Assembly (NCBI GenBank): GCA_024235255.1
Contig: JACKMT010000005.1
Location: 39,836 to 103,835 of the forward strand
DNA: 64,000 bases
DNA from: Chromatiaceae bacterium
GTDB taxonomy: Bacteria; Pseudomonadota; Gammaproteobacteria; Chromatiales; Chromatiaceae
Direction: 5' to 3'
A model generated the notes under the pieces. That model was not told the DNA's origin, did no database searches, and was given only the letters and a program-made list of their open reading frames with translations. The position numbers were made by a program, and so were the translations under genes. Below, in pieces: positions 18,632 through 29,504 of this stretch. Each line of letters opens with the position of its first letter. Positions within the stretch are counted from its first letter, which is position 1.

Positions 18632-20591
18632 AATTGTCGGGCAGAATCATTGGCATGCGTTCTTTAATCTGTGTCACTCTGTTGCCGAGCCGCTCATCGT
18701 ATATCACAGAATATTCGAGTACTCGCTCGGTGTAGCGGCGGGTTTCGCTAAAAGGTATTGTCTCAACCCACAGGTCCGCTTCCAGCGCTTTTTCCGGCAA
18801 CCACTTGAGTACGCGGTGCGGCCCTGCATTATAGGCTGAAATCGCCAGCACCGGATTATCATTGAGGCGTTCGTATACTTTTTTCAGATAGCTGGTACCG
18901 ATATCGATATTGGTAGCGGGAGTTAGCAGATCATCCCGTTTGGGGACTTTTCGGTTCATGGCTTTTGCCGTGCCGCGGGCGGTGGCGGGCATGAGTTGCA
19001 TCAACCCCAACGCGCCGGCGTGCGATTCTGCGTCAACGGAAAAGGCACTCTCCTGCCGGATTACCGCCAATACCCAGGCTTTGTCCAGATGCTTTGCAGA
19101 GGAGGCTGCATCCACGTGCTGTTCATGCTCCAGTGGAAAGCGCAGTTCCAAATCATCCCAATAGCCGGTTCGAGCCTGCGTGAAAATAGCCTGCGGGTGC
19201 CAGCCCCATCGTTGCGCCAGTTTCGCGGCGGCGTGTAATTCGGGTACGCTGAGATTTTTTATTTCCGCATACCACTCCCTTCTGGCATCGATAAGTCGAC
19301 CCAGCGCAAGCAGTTCTCCGGAACGTTGAAAGGCGCTCCGGGAGGCAACGGCTTCAATCTGTGCTGCAGGAACAGTAAGCGGTGTATTATCCAGATTATA
19401 CGGGCTGCCGATCCGGTCCGCGGCGAGAAATCCATGGTAGCTGCGCTCCTTGGCCAGGGATTGAAACAAGGCGTTGGCCTGAACAGTGTTACCCGTTTCC
19501 AACAAGGTTCTGGCTCTCCAGTAGCGCCAGTTCTCCTTTGACTTTAGCGCTGGTGGGAGTGCATCAATCCAAACCAACGCCTGTTGCCAGGCCCGGTTGG
19601 CGAGCGCCTCCCGGATGCGTGCTTCATGTATTCTGTGGTCATCCGGTCTGACCGAAAAGGCATCGATTTTTTCTAATGCACCCGGAGTGTCACGGTGCAT
19701 CCAGGCCAATACCAGTGCCCGCTCGGCCTGATAAGCCTGGTCTTCGGTGAATCCGTACGTTTTGGTCAGCACTCTCCAGGTGGCCTCCGCCCTGTCGGGA
19801 CTCAGCCGGGCCAGCCGCTTGAAACCATGCAGCAAAATATCGTTACGCTTACCGTGCTTGGCCAAAAATGTTTGGCGACCTTCAATTCGCGTTGGCTCAC
19901 CGTCGACCTCCAGCCAGAGATCGAGCCAGGATCTATCTGCTTCCGAGAGGAAGCGCCCCAGATATTTTGCCAGTCCGGTGTTTCGTTGTTCCATTGCAAG
20001 ATCGATGCGCTGCCAGACCAGTGATTGGGTAAGTCTTCCCGCCTTACGCCAGGCATCAAATACCGGATCGCACTCACCGGGCATGGACTTGGCGTTCAGC
20101 CAGAGGGGCGCCACTGCATCGAATGCAATTTTGGTTTTTCCGGTCTGAATCAATGCCTGCAGCTCGAAGCAGTGCAATTGATCGCTATCGGTGGGTTGAT
20201 AAAACGTGAGAAATTGGTTCCATTTGTGCTGCTCGCCAAGTGTCAGCAGATAAATTCGCAGAAATTTGTCTGCGACTGGGGTGCCTTGGTGCCGCAGTAG
20301 AAAATGCTTAGCCTCTGATTGATCCAACTGACGCAACTTTTTCAGCAGTTCCTGGTACTCAAGGTAGGGAAGCAATGGATAACCGGCAAGGCGAGCCTTC
20401 AGCTCTTCGAACTGCGTCATATCGCCTCTGTTCAGGGCTTGCTCTGCCTCAAGGAAATCCGACCGCTGGCTGGTAGGAGTGGCGCTAACCGATAAAGGAA
20501 CGCCGGCAAGTAACAGGAGTGCAATTACCGCCAAGGCATTTCGCGCTACTGCAAACAACAACATGGTGCTAAATATCCTCTTAATTATCAA
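18606..20591 (-). CDS. slt: soluble lytic murein transglycosylase (Slt70-like)
   Basis: 661-aa ORF with signal peptide, superhelical repeat region and SLT catalytic motif RQESAFSVDAESHAGALGLMQLMPATA. Confidence 0.92.
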   Translation of the reverse strand: MIIKRIFSTMLLFAVARNALAVIALLLLAGVPLSVSATPTSQRSDFLEAEQALNRGDMTQFEELKARLAGYPLLPYLEYQELLKKLRQLDQSEAKHFLLRHQGTPVADKFLRIYLLTLGEQHKWNQFLTFYQPTDSDQLHCFELQALIQTGKTKIAFDAVAPLWLNAKSMPGECDPVFDAWRKAGRLTQSLVWQRIDLAMEQRNTGLAKYLGRFLSEADRSWLDLWLEVDGEPTRIEGRQTFLAKHGKRNDILLHGFKRLARLSPDRAEATWRVLTKTYGFTEDQAYQAERALVLAWMHRDTPGALEKIDAFSVRPDDHRIHEARIREALANRAWQQALVWIDALPPALKSKENWRYWRARTLLETGNTVQANALFQSLAKERSYHGFLAADRIGSPYNLDNTPLTVPAAQIEAVASRSAFQRSGELLALGRLIDARREWYAEIKNLSVPELHAAAKLAQRWGWHPQAIFTQARTGYWDDLELRFPLEHEQHVDAASSAKHLDKAWVLAVIRQESAFSVDAESHAGALGLMQLMPATARGTAKAMNRKVPKRDDLLTPATNIDIGTSYLKKVYERLNDNPVLAISAYNAGPHRVLKWLPEKALEADLWVETIPFSETRRYTERVLEYSVIYDERLGNRVTQIKERMPMILPDNFKIRNASL

Positions 20592-20834
20592 AGTGTTTAA
20601 GTCTGAAGCTTAGATGCTATCAAAACTTTAGACAAGGAGGAAAAACCCTAGGTTGCAATAGCTGCTTATGTTGGCTGCGATGTAATGTGACTTCGGTAAA
20701 ACCATTTAATAAGTGCGGTCAACTCTTGGCTGCTCCGTGTAAAATAGGTTTGGTCACAGTAAATACAAACACAGATCTGAACTTCTCGTTTCGGATTACA
20801 TGCAGTACCGGTCAATGCCGTTGGAGGTGAAAAT

Positions 20835-21269
20835 ATGAGTGCCGGCGATCAGCTGAATATGGAACTGAGTAGTGGTATAGCTGCCTTCGAGGGTAAGCAT
20901 TTTGCGATTGCCTCGCAAACCTTGTCGCCGTTGGCGGAACAGGGCAATCCGGATGCCCAGTACCGCATGGCGATCATGGCTCAGAATGGATTGGGCATGA
21001 CGGTTAATGCATTGATGGCATACAAGTATATGAAGGCGGCTGCCGAGGCTGGGTTGTCGCTTGCCCAGCATGGCCTGGGTTTTATGTATCTCGAAGGGGA
21101 GTGCGTCGAACAGAACGGTCAACGTGCGGTCGAGTGGTTCACGCGCGCAGCCGAACAAGGCTTGGTGGGTTCGCAAACGACCCTCGCCATGATGTACGAG
21201 CAGGGGCAGGGGGTTGAGAAGGATTTGGAGGAGGCGAAGCGCTGGTACCAATTGGCTGGGTTCGAGTAG
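20835..21269 (+). CDS. Sel1-repeat (TPR-like) protein
   Basis: 144-aa ORF with repeated AEQGNPDAQY / AAEAGLSLAQHGLGFMY / AAEQGLVGSQTTLAMMY units. Confidence 0.8.
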   Translation: MSAGDQLNMELSSGIAAFEGKHFAIASQTLSPLAEQGNPDAQYRMAIMAQNGLGMTVNALMAYKYMKAAAEAGLSLAQHGLGFMYLEGECVEQNGQRAVEWFTRAAEQGLVGSQTTLAMMYEQGQGVEKDLEEAKRWYQLAGFE

Positions 21270-21436
21270 CCAGTGGCGGGGCGCCCACGTCCTTTTTTCC
21301 GTAGTGCCGACAAAAGCGGAGTCGGTGCCGAGTAAACAGCGTCTCAGCCCACGGTACACCCATGCTGATGGGAGTACCGAGTGCGAGACCGCTTTACCCA
21401 ATTATTAACAGACGAGTCGTTGTTTTTCCTGATCCA

Positions 21437-22327
21437 TTAAAATTTCTTGCTCATCATTTTTTCTGTCTGCTCCGGAGATGAGTAGTATTCCGGCACAAAG
21501 GTCTGTTCCTGGATCGGAGGACGCACGTAACCGGTGTCTTTTTTGAGCTCCGGAAGTTTAATGTTTTCGGGCGTGACATCCTCATACGGAATAAGGCTCA
21601 GCAAATGGCGTATGCAGTTTAGCCGGGCATGCTTTTTGACATCAGCATTGACCACGTACCAGGGAGCCTGTTTTATGTCGGTGTAGGCGAACATTGCATC
21701 CTTTGCTTTAGAGTACTCTATCCAGCGTGAACGCGACTGCAGATCCATTGGGCTCAGCTTCCAGCGCTTGAGCGGGTCTGTCAAGCGGCTCTTGAAACGC
21801 CGCTCCTGCTCCTCGTCGCTCACCGAGAACCAATACTTGATCAGTATAATGCCGGAGCGCACCAGCATACGTTCGAACTCGGGGCAGGAGCGCATGAACT
21901 CGCGATACTCTTCATCGGTGCAGAATCCCATCACGCGTTCCACTCCGGCCCGGTTATACCAGCTGCGGTCGAACAGCACCATTTCACCGGCGGCAGGGAG
22001 ATGCGGAACGTAGCGCTGAAAGTACCATTGGGTCTTCTCTCTCTCTGTGGGTGTATAGAGCGCGACGGTGGGGCAGACGCGGGGGCTTAGGTACTGCGTG
22101 ATGCGTTTAATCACACCGCCCTTGCCGGCAGCATCGCGCCCCTCGAATACCACAACAACCTTGAGTTTCTTGTATTTTATCCACTCCTGCAGCTGAACCA
22201 ACTCCTCCTGCAGTCGTAACAGCTCCTTTTCGTATAAGCTATTGGGGATCTTGTACGGCTTCGCTTTCTTCTTTTTGCCTTTAGTCGGCACGCTTTCAAT
22301 TTCGGCTAATTCGTCTTGAATATCCAT
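21437..22327 (-). CDS. ppk2: polyphosphate kinase 2 (PPK2) family protein
   Basis: 296-aa ORF. VVVFEGRDAAGKGG Walker A, FDRSWYNR, and lid motifs typical of PPK2. Confidence 0.9.
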   Translation of the reverse strand: MDIQDELAEIESVPTKGKKKKAKPYKIPNSLYEKELLRLQEELVQLQEWIKYKKLKVVVVFEGRDAAGKGGVIKRITQYLSPRVCPTVALYTPTEREKTQWYFQRYVPHLPAAGEMVLFDRSWYNRAGVERVMGFCTDEEYREFMRSCPEFERMLVRSGIILIKYWFSVSDEEQERRFKSRLTDPLKRWKLSPMDLQSRSRWIEYSKAKDAMFAYTDIKQAPWYVVNADVKKHARLNCIRHLLSLIPYEDVTPENIKLPELKKDTGYVRPPIQEQTFVPEYYSSPEQTEKMMSKKF

Positions 22328-22614
22328 CGGGTCCTCTCTCTAGTGATTTATTGCAAATTTGTGACAAACTAAAATCCTAACCTTGACTGTAGCTGATGAC
22401 AAATTTAAGGAACTTCTGATTCATTCTGGCCGAGCGGCTATGTGAATAAAATTCACTAAATGCAAGGCGCAAATCGCCGGAAACAGCCAGACTATTCGCA
22501 AGATTTGCACTGCCGCAGTCAGTGATTTTGGGCTCATCGACACCGACCAAGAACCGATCAGAGGCTCCTCAAGTGTGTATTCAGTAGCATATATTTTCCA
22601 GCAGCTCAGATAGA

Positions 22615-23676
22615 TCAACTCCCGAAGGCATGTCTGCTGCGTACTGCACCGGCCAGATCGCGCAGGAGCGGCTCGGTCTCTTCCCAACTGATGCACGCAT
22701 CGGTGATGCTCTGGCCGTAGTTGAGCTTCCGGTCGCTGCGCCAATCCTGGCGCCCGGAGAGTAGGAAGCTTTCGATCATAACGCCGATGATACGCGGATC
22801 GCCGCGGGCGATCTGACCGGCGACATCGCGCCCCACGTCGAGCTGTTTTTGCGGCTGTTTGCGCGAATTGGCGTGGCTGAAATCGACCATCATGCGTGGT
22901 TTGAAGCCAGCCGCCTCCATCTCTTCCGCGGAGATGTTGATACTTTCAATGTCGTAGTTGGGACGGGTTCCGCCGCGCAGAATGACATGGCAGTCCCGGT
23001 TTCCGCTGGTAGCGAATATGGCGGAAAAACCCTCTTTGGTGACAGAGAGAAAGTGGTGCGGCTGGGAAGCGGAGCGAATTGCATCCAGGGCTATCTTCAG
23101 CGTGCCGTTGGTTCCGTTTTTAAATCCCACCGGACAGGAGAGCCCGGAAGCCAGCTCCCGATGGCCCTGACTTTCGGTGGTACGGGCGCCGATAGCACCC
23201 CAGCTGATCAGGTCCGCGATATACTGGGGGCTGATCAGGTCCAGAAACTCGGTACCCGCCGGCAACCCCATGTTATTGACATCCAGCAACAGGCGGCGCG
23301 CCAGATGCAGACCCTTGTTGATACGGAAGGTGCCATCCAGGTCGGGATCGTTGATCAGACCTTTCCAGCCGACCGTGGTGCGCGGTTTCTCGAAATAGAC
23401 CCGCATGACGATCAATAAATCCTCCAGCAGCTCTTGTCGCAGCGCATTGAGTTTGCCGGCGTATTCCAAGGCTGCGGCGGGATCATGCACGGAGCAGGGT
23501 CCTACAACGACAATCAGGCGCCGGTCGCTCTCTTGTAATATGCGATGGATCGCCTGCCGGGTTTGATACACCGTCTCCGCAGCGCTGTCTGTTATCGGCA
23601 GATCCGCAAGCAGCTGGGCAGGCGAAATGAGTTCACCCATGCCTTGGATGCGAAGATCGTCTGTTTCGTGGCGCAT
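22615..23676 (-). CDS. 3-deoxy-7-phosphoheptulonate (DAHP) synthase, class I (AroF/G/H type)
   Basis: 353-aa ORF. VVVGPCSVHD, KPRTTVGWKGLINDP, IGARTTESQ, HRELASGLS. Confidence 0.95.
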   Translation of the reverse strand: MRHETDDLRIQGMGELISPAQLLADLPITDSAAETVYQTRQAIHRILQESDRRLIVVVGPCSVHDPAAALEYAGKLNALRQELLEDLLIVMRVYFEKPRTTVGWKGLINDPDLDGTFRINKGLHLARRLLLDVNNMGLPAGTEFLDLISPQYIADLISWGAIGARTTESQGHRELASGLSCPVGFKNGTNGTLKIALDAIRSASQPHHFLSVTKEGFSAIFATSGNRDCHVILRGGTRPNYDIESINISAEEMEAAGFKPRMMVDFSHANSRKQPQKQLDVGRDVAGQIARGDPRIIGVMIESFLLSGRQDWRSDRKLNYGQSITDACISWEETEPLLRDLAGAVRSRHAFGS

Positions 23677-23785
23677 TTTTTTATGATCTGTAATAATCTT
23701 TTAATGTTGGTAAGGCAGGGATTATAGAAGCAATACAGGGCGTGTGATAGGACCTGACATAAATCAAAAGGGAACAGAGGCTGTG

Positions 23786-23998
23786 ATGCCAAACCTCAGA
23801 TTTATCATTGGTAACTACAACTACTCCTCCTGATCTCTTGGCCCCTGGTTGTTACTGCAGCATCATTACATCCCATTTGAAACCACCAGGGTTTCACTTT
23901 TTAGCGACACTATGGAGCGGGAGTTAAGTGCCTATTTTCCCGGAGAAAAGGTGTCGGTGCTGGACCATGGCGAGCTGGTAGTGTGGGATTCACTGTGA
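23786..23998 (+). pseudogene. remnant of a glutathione S-transferase gene (N-terminal thioredoxin-fold part only) with an in-frame TGA
   Basis: Own translation: MPNLRFIIGNYNYSS*SLGPWLLLQHHYIPFETTRVSLFSDTMERELSAYFPGEKVSVLDHGELVVWDSL*. TGA at 23831-23833 sits where this GST family has the Trp of NYSSWSLRPW. The reading frame ends right after VWDSL, so the C-terminal domain is missing. Confidence 0.7.
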
Positions 23999-24127
23999 TG
24001 GGTGAGCCGGCAGCTCCCTTTGCGTCGAGTTTTGCCTGCGGCCTATATCCTTCGTCGAATAATGGAATTCCAACTGGCCGGTTGCGATATGAAGGCGGAT
24101 AACGAAGTTGTCGGGCGCTGTTGAAAA

Positions 24128-25267
24128 TTGAAGGTCAGAGTACACAACGCAATCAGTGAAATACCGCAAGCCCAGTGGAACCGGCTGGTGCAGGACAACC
24201 ATCCGTTTCTGCGGCATGAGTTTCTGCACGCTATGGAAGAGCACCTTTGTGTTGGGGAAACATTTGGCTGGTTGCCGAGGCATCTGGGGGTTTATGACGA
24301 CAACGATGCGTTGTTGGGTGCCATGCCGCTCTATGAAAAGCACAACTCCTATGGGGAGTTTGTCTTTGACCATGCCTGGGCAGATGCCTACCTGCGCAAT
24401 GGCCTTTCCTATTATCCCAAGCTGGTTTCCGCTATCCCGTATACACCGGCCCAGGGGCAGCGTCTGTTGGTCCGGCCGGAGCTGCAGGCGGCGATTTATC
24501 CTCTGTTGCTCGACCGGGCAATCCAATTGACGCGGCAGCTGGGTTGCAGCGGTTTTCATTGCCTGTTTCCACTGCCCGAAGAGCACCGGTTTCTCGGTCA
24601 GCAGTTGTTAAGCCGCCATGACTGCCAGTTCCACTGGCGCAATCATCACTATCGCGATTTCGAGTCGTTTCTCAGTCGACTGAACGCGAAGAAGCGAAAA
24701 AATATCCGCCAGGAACGGCGTCGTGCAGCCAGCTCCGGTGTAGTGATCCGGCGTCTCGACGGCCACAGTGCGACAGCGCAGGATTGGCGGGATTTCACCC
24801 GCTTCTACGAGCAGACATTCCGGGAAAAATGGGGTATGGCGACTTTCAATTATGAATTTTTCAGCACCGTGGCCAGGCAGATGCCAGATCAGATCGTACT
24901 GGTTCTGGCGGATATTGAAGGCCGGTGTATCGCCGGCGCTTTGATGTACCGCAGCGATCGCACCCTCTATGGCAGGCACTGGGGCTGTGTGCTACAGATA
25001 GACGCCCTTCATTTCGAGGTCTGTTACTATCAGGGAATAGAGTATTGCATCGAGCAGGGGCTGGAGCTGTTTGAGCCGGGCGCCCAGGGAGAGCATAAAA
25101 TGGCCAGAGGTTTTTTACCTGTTCGAACCAAGTCCAGCCATTGGATCGACGACGAGCGGTTTCGCGAACCAATTGCGCGCTATGTCCAACATGAGTGCGC
25201 AGCAGTCAGCGATTACATAGCGACGCTTGCGGCATCTTCTCCTTACCGTCAGGAGCCGTCGTCTTGA
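24128..25267 (+). CDS. FemAB-like GNAT family N-acetyltransferase (PF04339/DUF482-like)
   Basis: 379-aa ORF. ISEIPQAQWNRLV, HPFLRHEFLHAME, YEKHNSYGEFVFDHAWADAY. Non-ATG (TTG) start in the ORF track. Confidence 0.75.
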   Translation: MKVRVHNAISEIPQAQWNRLVQDNHPFLRHEFLHAMEEHLCVGETFGWLPRHLGVYDDNDALLGAMPLYEKHNSYGEFVFDHAWADAYLRNGLSYYPKLVSAIPYTPAQGQRLLVRPELQAAIYPLLLDRAIQLTRQLGCSGFHCLFPLPEEHRFLGQQLLSRHDCQFHWRNHHYRDFESFLSRLNAKKRKNIRQERRRAASSGVVIRRLDGHSATAQDWRDFTRFYEQTFREKWGMATFNYEFFSTVARQMPDQIVLVLADIEGRCIAGALMYRSDRTLYGRHWGCVLQIDALHFEVCYYQGIEYCIEQGLELFEPGAQGEHKMARGFLPVRTKSSHWIDDERFREPIARYVQHECAAVSDYIATLAASSPYRQEPSS

Positions 25268-25869
25268 AACCGTACGCGGAGTCCTGCGACCAGAACCGGG
25301 ATCCGATTCTGGAGGTGATATCGCAGCTGTTTGCACAGCGTTCAAAGGTGCTGGAAATCGGCAGCGGTACCGGACAGCATGCGGTCTATTTCGCGCATAA
25401 ATTGCCGCATCTCACTTGGCTGACCAGCGACAAGGCTGAGCAACATGCCGGTATCCGGATGTGGCTGCAGGAGTCCGGCCTGTCCAACGTGGCGGCGCCG
25501 TTGCTGCTGGACGTATCTCAGGCAGAGTGGCCGGTATGTAGCGTGGATGCGGTGTTTTCCGCCAATACCGTCCACATTATGCATTGGGAGGAAGTGGAGG
25601 CGATGATTCGGGGAGTGGGCAGGGTGTTGGCCGTGCATGGCTTATTCGCACTGTATGGACCGTTCAACTACCAGCACCGCTACACCAGCGAGAGCAATGC
25701 CCGGTTTGACCAATGGCTTAAATCGCGCGACCCGGCGAGCGGTATCAGGGACTTCGGAGAATTGAACCGGCTGGCCGAGGCGGCGGGTATGTCGCTGTTC
25801 GAAGATTTTGCCATGCCGGCAAATAATCGCCTGCTTGCCTGGCGCAAGCATGGGCAGGGGCGCCCTTGA
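25264..25869 (+). CDS. DUF938 class I SAM-dependent methyltransferase
   Basis: KPYAESCDQNRDPIL...VLEIGSGTGQH...NTVHIMHW...YGPF. Probable TTG start at 25264 overlapping the upstream stop (TTGA). The longer ORF start at 25195 overlaps the upstream gene. Confidence 0.75.
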   Translation: MKPYAESCDQNRDPILEVISQLFAQRSKVLEIGSGTGQHAVYFAHKLPHLTWLTSDKAEQHAGIRMWLQESGLSNVAAPLLLDVSQAEWPVCSVDAVFSANTVHIMHWEEVEAMIRGVGRVLAVHGLFALYGPFNYQHRYTSESNARFDQWLKSRDPASGIRDFGELNRLAEAAGMSLFEDFAMPANNRLLAWRKHGQGRP

Positions 25870-26100
25870 CTACCCGGCGTGACGATTGCGGTGGAATCCT
25901 AGCGTGTAGCAGGCAATCATATCATTGTACGCGTTCAATTTTATTCACTACAGATTCCGCGTTTTTTCTGCTGCTGCAATCTGACAGAGTAAAGAAAATC
26001 TAAACCAGCTCGGTGGGATGCGCTACAATCCGCGCCTGGTGACAGCGTAAACCTCAGCCGGAGTTCCCTCACCGGCTGACAACCATACCAGAGATTGACC

Positions 26101-28020
26101 ATGTCAAAATCCAACGGCAAAGGCAGTATCGGCAAGATGCGCCGCCATCCTTTGCTCGAAGCGGTGGATTCACCTCAGGATCTGAAGCGTCTGCCAAGCG
26201 GCGATCTGCCGCGTCTGGCAGATGAGCTGAGAGATTTTTTGATCGAAACGGTTTCCCGGACCGGCGGCCATCTGGCCGCGGGGCTCGGCGTTGTCGAGCT
26301 GACCATCGCCCTGCACTATGTCTTCGATACACCCGATGACCGATTGGTATGGGATGTGGGGCACCAGGCTTACCCGCACAAAATACTCACCGGACGCCGT
26401 GGACGGATGGGTACGCTGCGTCAAAAGGGCGGTTTGTCCGGTTTTCCCCGGCGCGAAGAGAGCGAATACGATACCTTCGGCACCGGTCATTCCAGCACAT
26501 CGATCGGCGCTGCGCTGGGGATGGCTGCAGCGGCCAAACAGCAGCGGGTGCGGCGGCATGTGGTGGCGGTGATCGGGGATGCCGCGATGAGCGCGGGCAT
26601 GGCATTTGAAGCACTCAACCATGCCGGTGCACTGGACCTTGATATCCTGGTGGTTTTGAACGACAACGATATGTCCATCTCACCGCCGGTCGGGGCCTTC
26701 AGCAACCACCTGGCGAGAGTGTTGTCCGGTAAGCTCTACACGACGATGCGCGAAGGCGGCAAGAGTGCTCTGAGCCGGCTGCCGAATCTGAGCGAACTGG
26801 TCGGGCGCTGGGAAGAACACATGAAGGGTATGGTGATGCCCGGCACACTGTTCGAGGAGTTGGGCTTCAACTATATCGGTCCGGTTGACGGGCACGATCT
26901 GGAGACGCTGGTCACCACCCTTGACAACATGAAAACCATGCGCGGTCCGCGCCTGCTGCATGTGGTCACCAAAAAGGGAAAAGGATACCGCCATGCGGAA
27001 ACGGATCCCTGCTTTTATCACGGGGTGACACCATTCGATCCAGCCACCGGAAAAATGGAGAAGAAGGCGGCCGGCAGCCCCACCTATACGCAGATTTTCA
27101 GCGACTGGCTGTGCGATGCAGCGCGCAGTGACGAACGATTGGTGGGCATTACCCCGGCAATGCGCGAAGGCTCGGGACTGGTGCGTTTCTCGCAAGAGTT
27201 TCCGGAGCGCTATTTTGATGTTTCCATTGCCGAGCAGCACGCGGTCACTTTTGCTGCGGGAGTCGCCTGCGAAGGGGGCAAGCCGGTGGTGGCGATCTAC
27301 TCCAGCTTTTTACAGCGGGCCTACGATCAGTTGATCCACGATGTGGCACTGCAAAATCTGGATGTCACTTTTGCCGTGGACAGGGCAGGTCAGGTGGGCG
27401 CCGATGGCGCCACGCACGCCGGCAGTTTCGATTTGAGTTATGCTCGCGCGTTGCCGAATATGGTGATCATGGCGCCGGCCGATGAGGATGAGTGCCGAAA
27501 GATGCTGCAGACCGCCTTCGAGTACCCAGGGCCTGCACTGGTCCGCTATCCGCGGGGCAGCGGTCCCGGTGTCAAGGTCAGCAGTGCGCTGGATACGCTG
27601 CCAATCGGCAAGGGGGATTTGATTCGCGCTGGCAGCGGCGTCGCACTGCTGGCATTTGGCAGCCTTGTCTCCAGAGCGTTGGAAGTGGGCGACAGGGTGA
27701 ATGCAACCGTGGCCAATATGCGCTTCGTCAAACCGCTGGACAGGGAGCTGATACTGCAGCTGGCCGACAGTCATGATCTGTTGGTGACGCTGGAGGAGAA
27801 CGTGGTGCAGGGAGGAGCGGGGTCGGCGGTCAATGAATATCTCGTCAGCCTGATGCACCCGGTCAAGCTGCTCAATCTCGGGTTGCCGGATCACTTTATA
27901 GAACACGCGAGTTGTGACGAGCAGTTGCGCGAAGCCGGGCTGGATGTAGAGGCGATTGTTCGATCCGTAACCGCAGCGCAATATAATAAGACCCAGCTGA
28001 AATCGGGAAATCAGGGTTGA
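26101..28020 (+). CDS. dxs: 1-deoxy-D-xylulose-5-phosphate synthase
   Basis: [55 protein letters not shown] (ThDP motif). ATG at 26101. Confidence 0.97.
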   Translation: MSKSNGKGSIGKMRRHPLLEAVDSPQDLKRLPSGDLPRLADELRDFLIETVSRTGGHLAAGLGVVELTIALHYVFDTPDDRLVWDVGHQAYPHKILTGRRGRMGTLRQKGGLSGFPRREESEYDTFGTGHSSTSIGAALGMAAAAKQQRVRRHVVAVIGDAAMSAGMAFEALNHAGALDLDILVVLNDNDMSISPPVGAFSNHLARVLSGKLYTTMREGGKSALSRLPNLSELVGRWEEHMKGMVMPGTLFEELGFNYIGPVDGHDLETLVTTLDNMKTMRGPRLLHVVTKKGKGYRHAETDPCFYHGVTPFDPATGKMEKKAAGSPTYTQIFSDWLCDAARSDERLVGITPAMREGSGLVRFSQEFPERYFDVSIAEQHAVTFAAGVACEGGKPVVAIYSSFLQRAYDQLIHDVALQNLDVTFAVDRAGQVGADGATHAGSFDLSYARALPNMVIMAPADEDECRKMLQTAFEYPGPALVRYPRGSGPGVKVSSALDTLPIGKGDLIRAGSGVALLAFGSLVSRALEVGDRVNATVANMRFVKPLDRELILQLADSHDLLVTLEENVVQGGAGSAVNEYLVSLMHPVKLLNLGLPDHFIEHASCDEQLREAGLDVEAIVRSVTAAQYNKTQLKSGNQG

Positions 28021-28079
28021 TTCTGCCTTAGCTTCAGGGTGCTGGTTAATTCCTTGGGTAAAAATTTTCCACTGGTGTT

Positions 28080-29468
28080 ATGAAAAAGTTCTCACTATTG
28101 ACGTTGCTGGTGCTGGCTGCGGTATTCGGAACTCCGGCAGTTATCGGCATTAAAGCCGAAGCACGCTACCAGTTGGCAGTGGAACGGATACAGCAGAGTG
28201 GCCTTAAGGTCATATCGCACAGTTTTAGTCGCGGTTGGTTTGGTTCCACGGCGGAAACCTCCTTTCTCCTTGTCAGTACAGACTATTCATCGGCAGTGAG
28301 TGATTCCGATCGCCGGCATCTTTCTCTGAGGAGCACTATTTCCCACGGCCCGCTCGTCTCCACCGGTCTTGGCCTGGCGGAAATCGACAGTGAGATAAAG
28401 CTCGGGAAGAGAGCGATTTTCCCGCCGGAATATCCAGCGGAAGTTCACACACTGGTGGATCTCAATGGCAGCGGGGCTACTCGGGTCAACCTGCCTCCGG
28501 CTGATGTTGCCGGGTCGGCAGAGATGCCCGACCTCTCTTTTGGCGGAATGACCGGTGAGATGACGTTCGGCGAAGGCAGCGGGGATATAGGGCTGCAATT
28601 TGTACTGCAGCACTTGCGCATCGGCAGCAGCGGTCAAAAACTGGCAGAATTGGGTGAAACACGGCTGGAATCCAACTCCAGAACCAGCTTAAGCGGACTT
28701 ATGCTGGGGAGCGGTGAATTCAAGGTGCAGCGTCTGATGCTGCATGATGCTGAGCGTAGTGAACAGCTTATCGTGGATGAACTGGCAGTCAGTGTGGATA
28801 GTGCGGAGGAGACGGAACTGGTTTCGGCTGTCGCCAGCTATCGCATGCAGCGTATTGAGGTGGGCGGCGAGGTCTATGGACCGGGTGAGTTGAGGGTCGA
28901 ATTGAAGCAGCTCTCCGGCCCGGCGCTGGGGCGGCTGCAGCAGAATATTGCGCAACTCAAAAACCAGACGATGTCGGATGCCCAACGGAGTATGGCGTTG
29001 CTGAGCCTGATGCTGGAATTGGGCTCGGAGCTGCTGAAGAACAACCCCTCCATTACCATAAAACCGCTGCACCTGGTGACACCTGATGGAACGGTGGCGG
29101 GCGAGTTTTCGCTGCGCGGCGACGGTTTGACCATGGCGGACATCTCCAACATTCCGGCGCTCGCCGGAAAACTGGTGGCTGATCTGTCGTTGCGCGTGCC
29201 GGAAAAGCTGCTCCGGTCGATGTTGGTACAGCAGGTTGGCAAGGAGTTGGAGCGGCAGATCGCAGCGCTGGTTGCGCAGGGCGCAGACGCTCCTGAGCTT
29301 GACCAGGATCAGTTGCATCTATTGGCTGAGCAGCAGGTAGACCAGCAGTTGAACCACTGGCTGTCACAACAAGTCATCGAGCGTGACGGAGCAGACCTTG
29401 CCACCGTGGCGTCCTTATCATCCGGATTGCTCACAGTTAACGGAAAAACGGTACCACTGCCACAATAG
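28080..29468 (+). CDS. YdgA/DUF945 family periplasmic protein
   Basis: 462-aa ORF. Signal-anchor N-terminus, SRGWFGSTAETSF, ISHGPL, C-terminal LLTVNGKTVPLPQ resembling E. coli YdgA. Confidence 0.7.
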   Translation: MKKFSLLTLLVLAAVFGTPAVIGIKAEARYQLAVERIQQSGLKVISHSFSRGWFGSTAETSFLLVSTDYSSAVSDSDRRHLSLRSTISHGPLVSTGLGLAEIDSEIKLGKRAIFPPEYPAEVHTLVDLNGSGATRVNLPPADVAGSAEMPDLSFGGMTGEMTFGEGSGDIGLQFVLQHLRIGSSGQKLAELGETRLESNSRTSLSGLMLGSGEFKVQRLMLHDAERSEQLIVDELAVSVDSAEETELVSAVASYRMQRIEVGGEVYGPGELRVELKQLSGPALGRLQQNIAQLKNQTMSDAQRSMALLSLMLELGSELLKNNPSITIKPLHLVTPDGTVAGEFSLRGDGLTMADISNIPALAGKLVADLSLRVPEKLLRSMLVQQVGKELERQIAALVAQGADAPELDQDQLHLLAEQQVDQQLNHWLSQQVIERDGADLATVASLSSGLLTVNGKTVPLPQ

Positions 29469-29504
29469 CCGGCACTCTGCGCCGTGTTGCTGAAAGAGGG
29501 CAGT

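Noticed and set aside
20796-21401. 201-aa minus-strand ORF overlapping the Sel1-repeat gene
   Set aside because: The plus-strand frame shows clean Sel1 repeats. The minus-strand ORF has no motifs and a shadow-ORF composition.
22330-22400. Possible Pho box upstream of ppk2 (ttgtcat / ttgtcac half-sites on the minus strand)
   Set aside because: The half-sites are about 35 nt apart rather than in the 11-bp phased tandem arrangement of Pho boxes. The match is too weak to report.
22421-22614. Possible small hydrophobic peptide (MSPKSLTAAVQILRIVWLFPAICALHLVNFIHIAARPE) in the ppk2-DAHP synthase spacer
   Set aside because: It is part of a longer ORF that overlaps the DAHP synthase 3' end. It has no RBS and nothing to indicate conservation.
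23831-23833. In-frame TGA in the GST-like frame as possible selenocysteine or programmed read-through
   Set aside because: It aligns with a conserved Trp (TGG) rather than a Cys/Sec position. The frame is also truncated after ~70 codons with no C-terminal domain, so decay is the simpler explanation. No SECIS analysis was possible.
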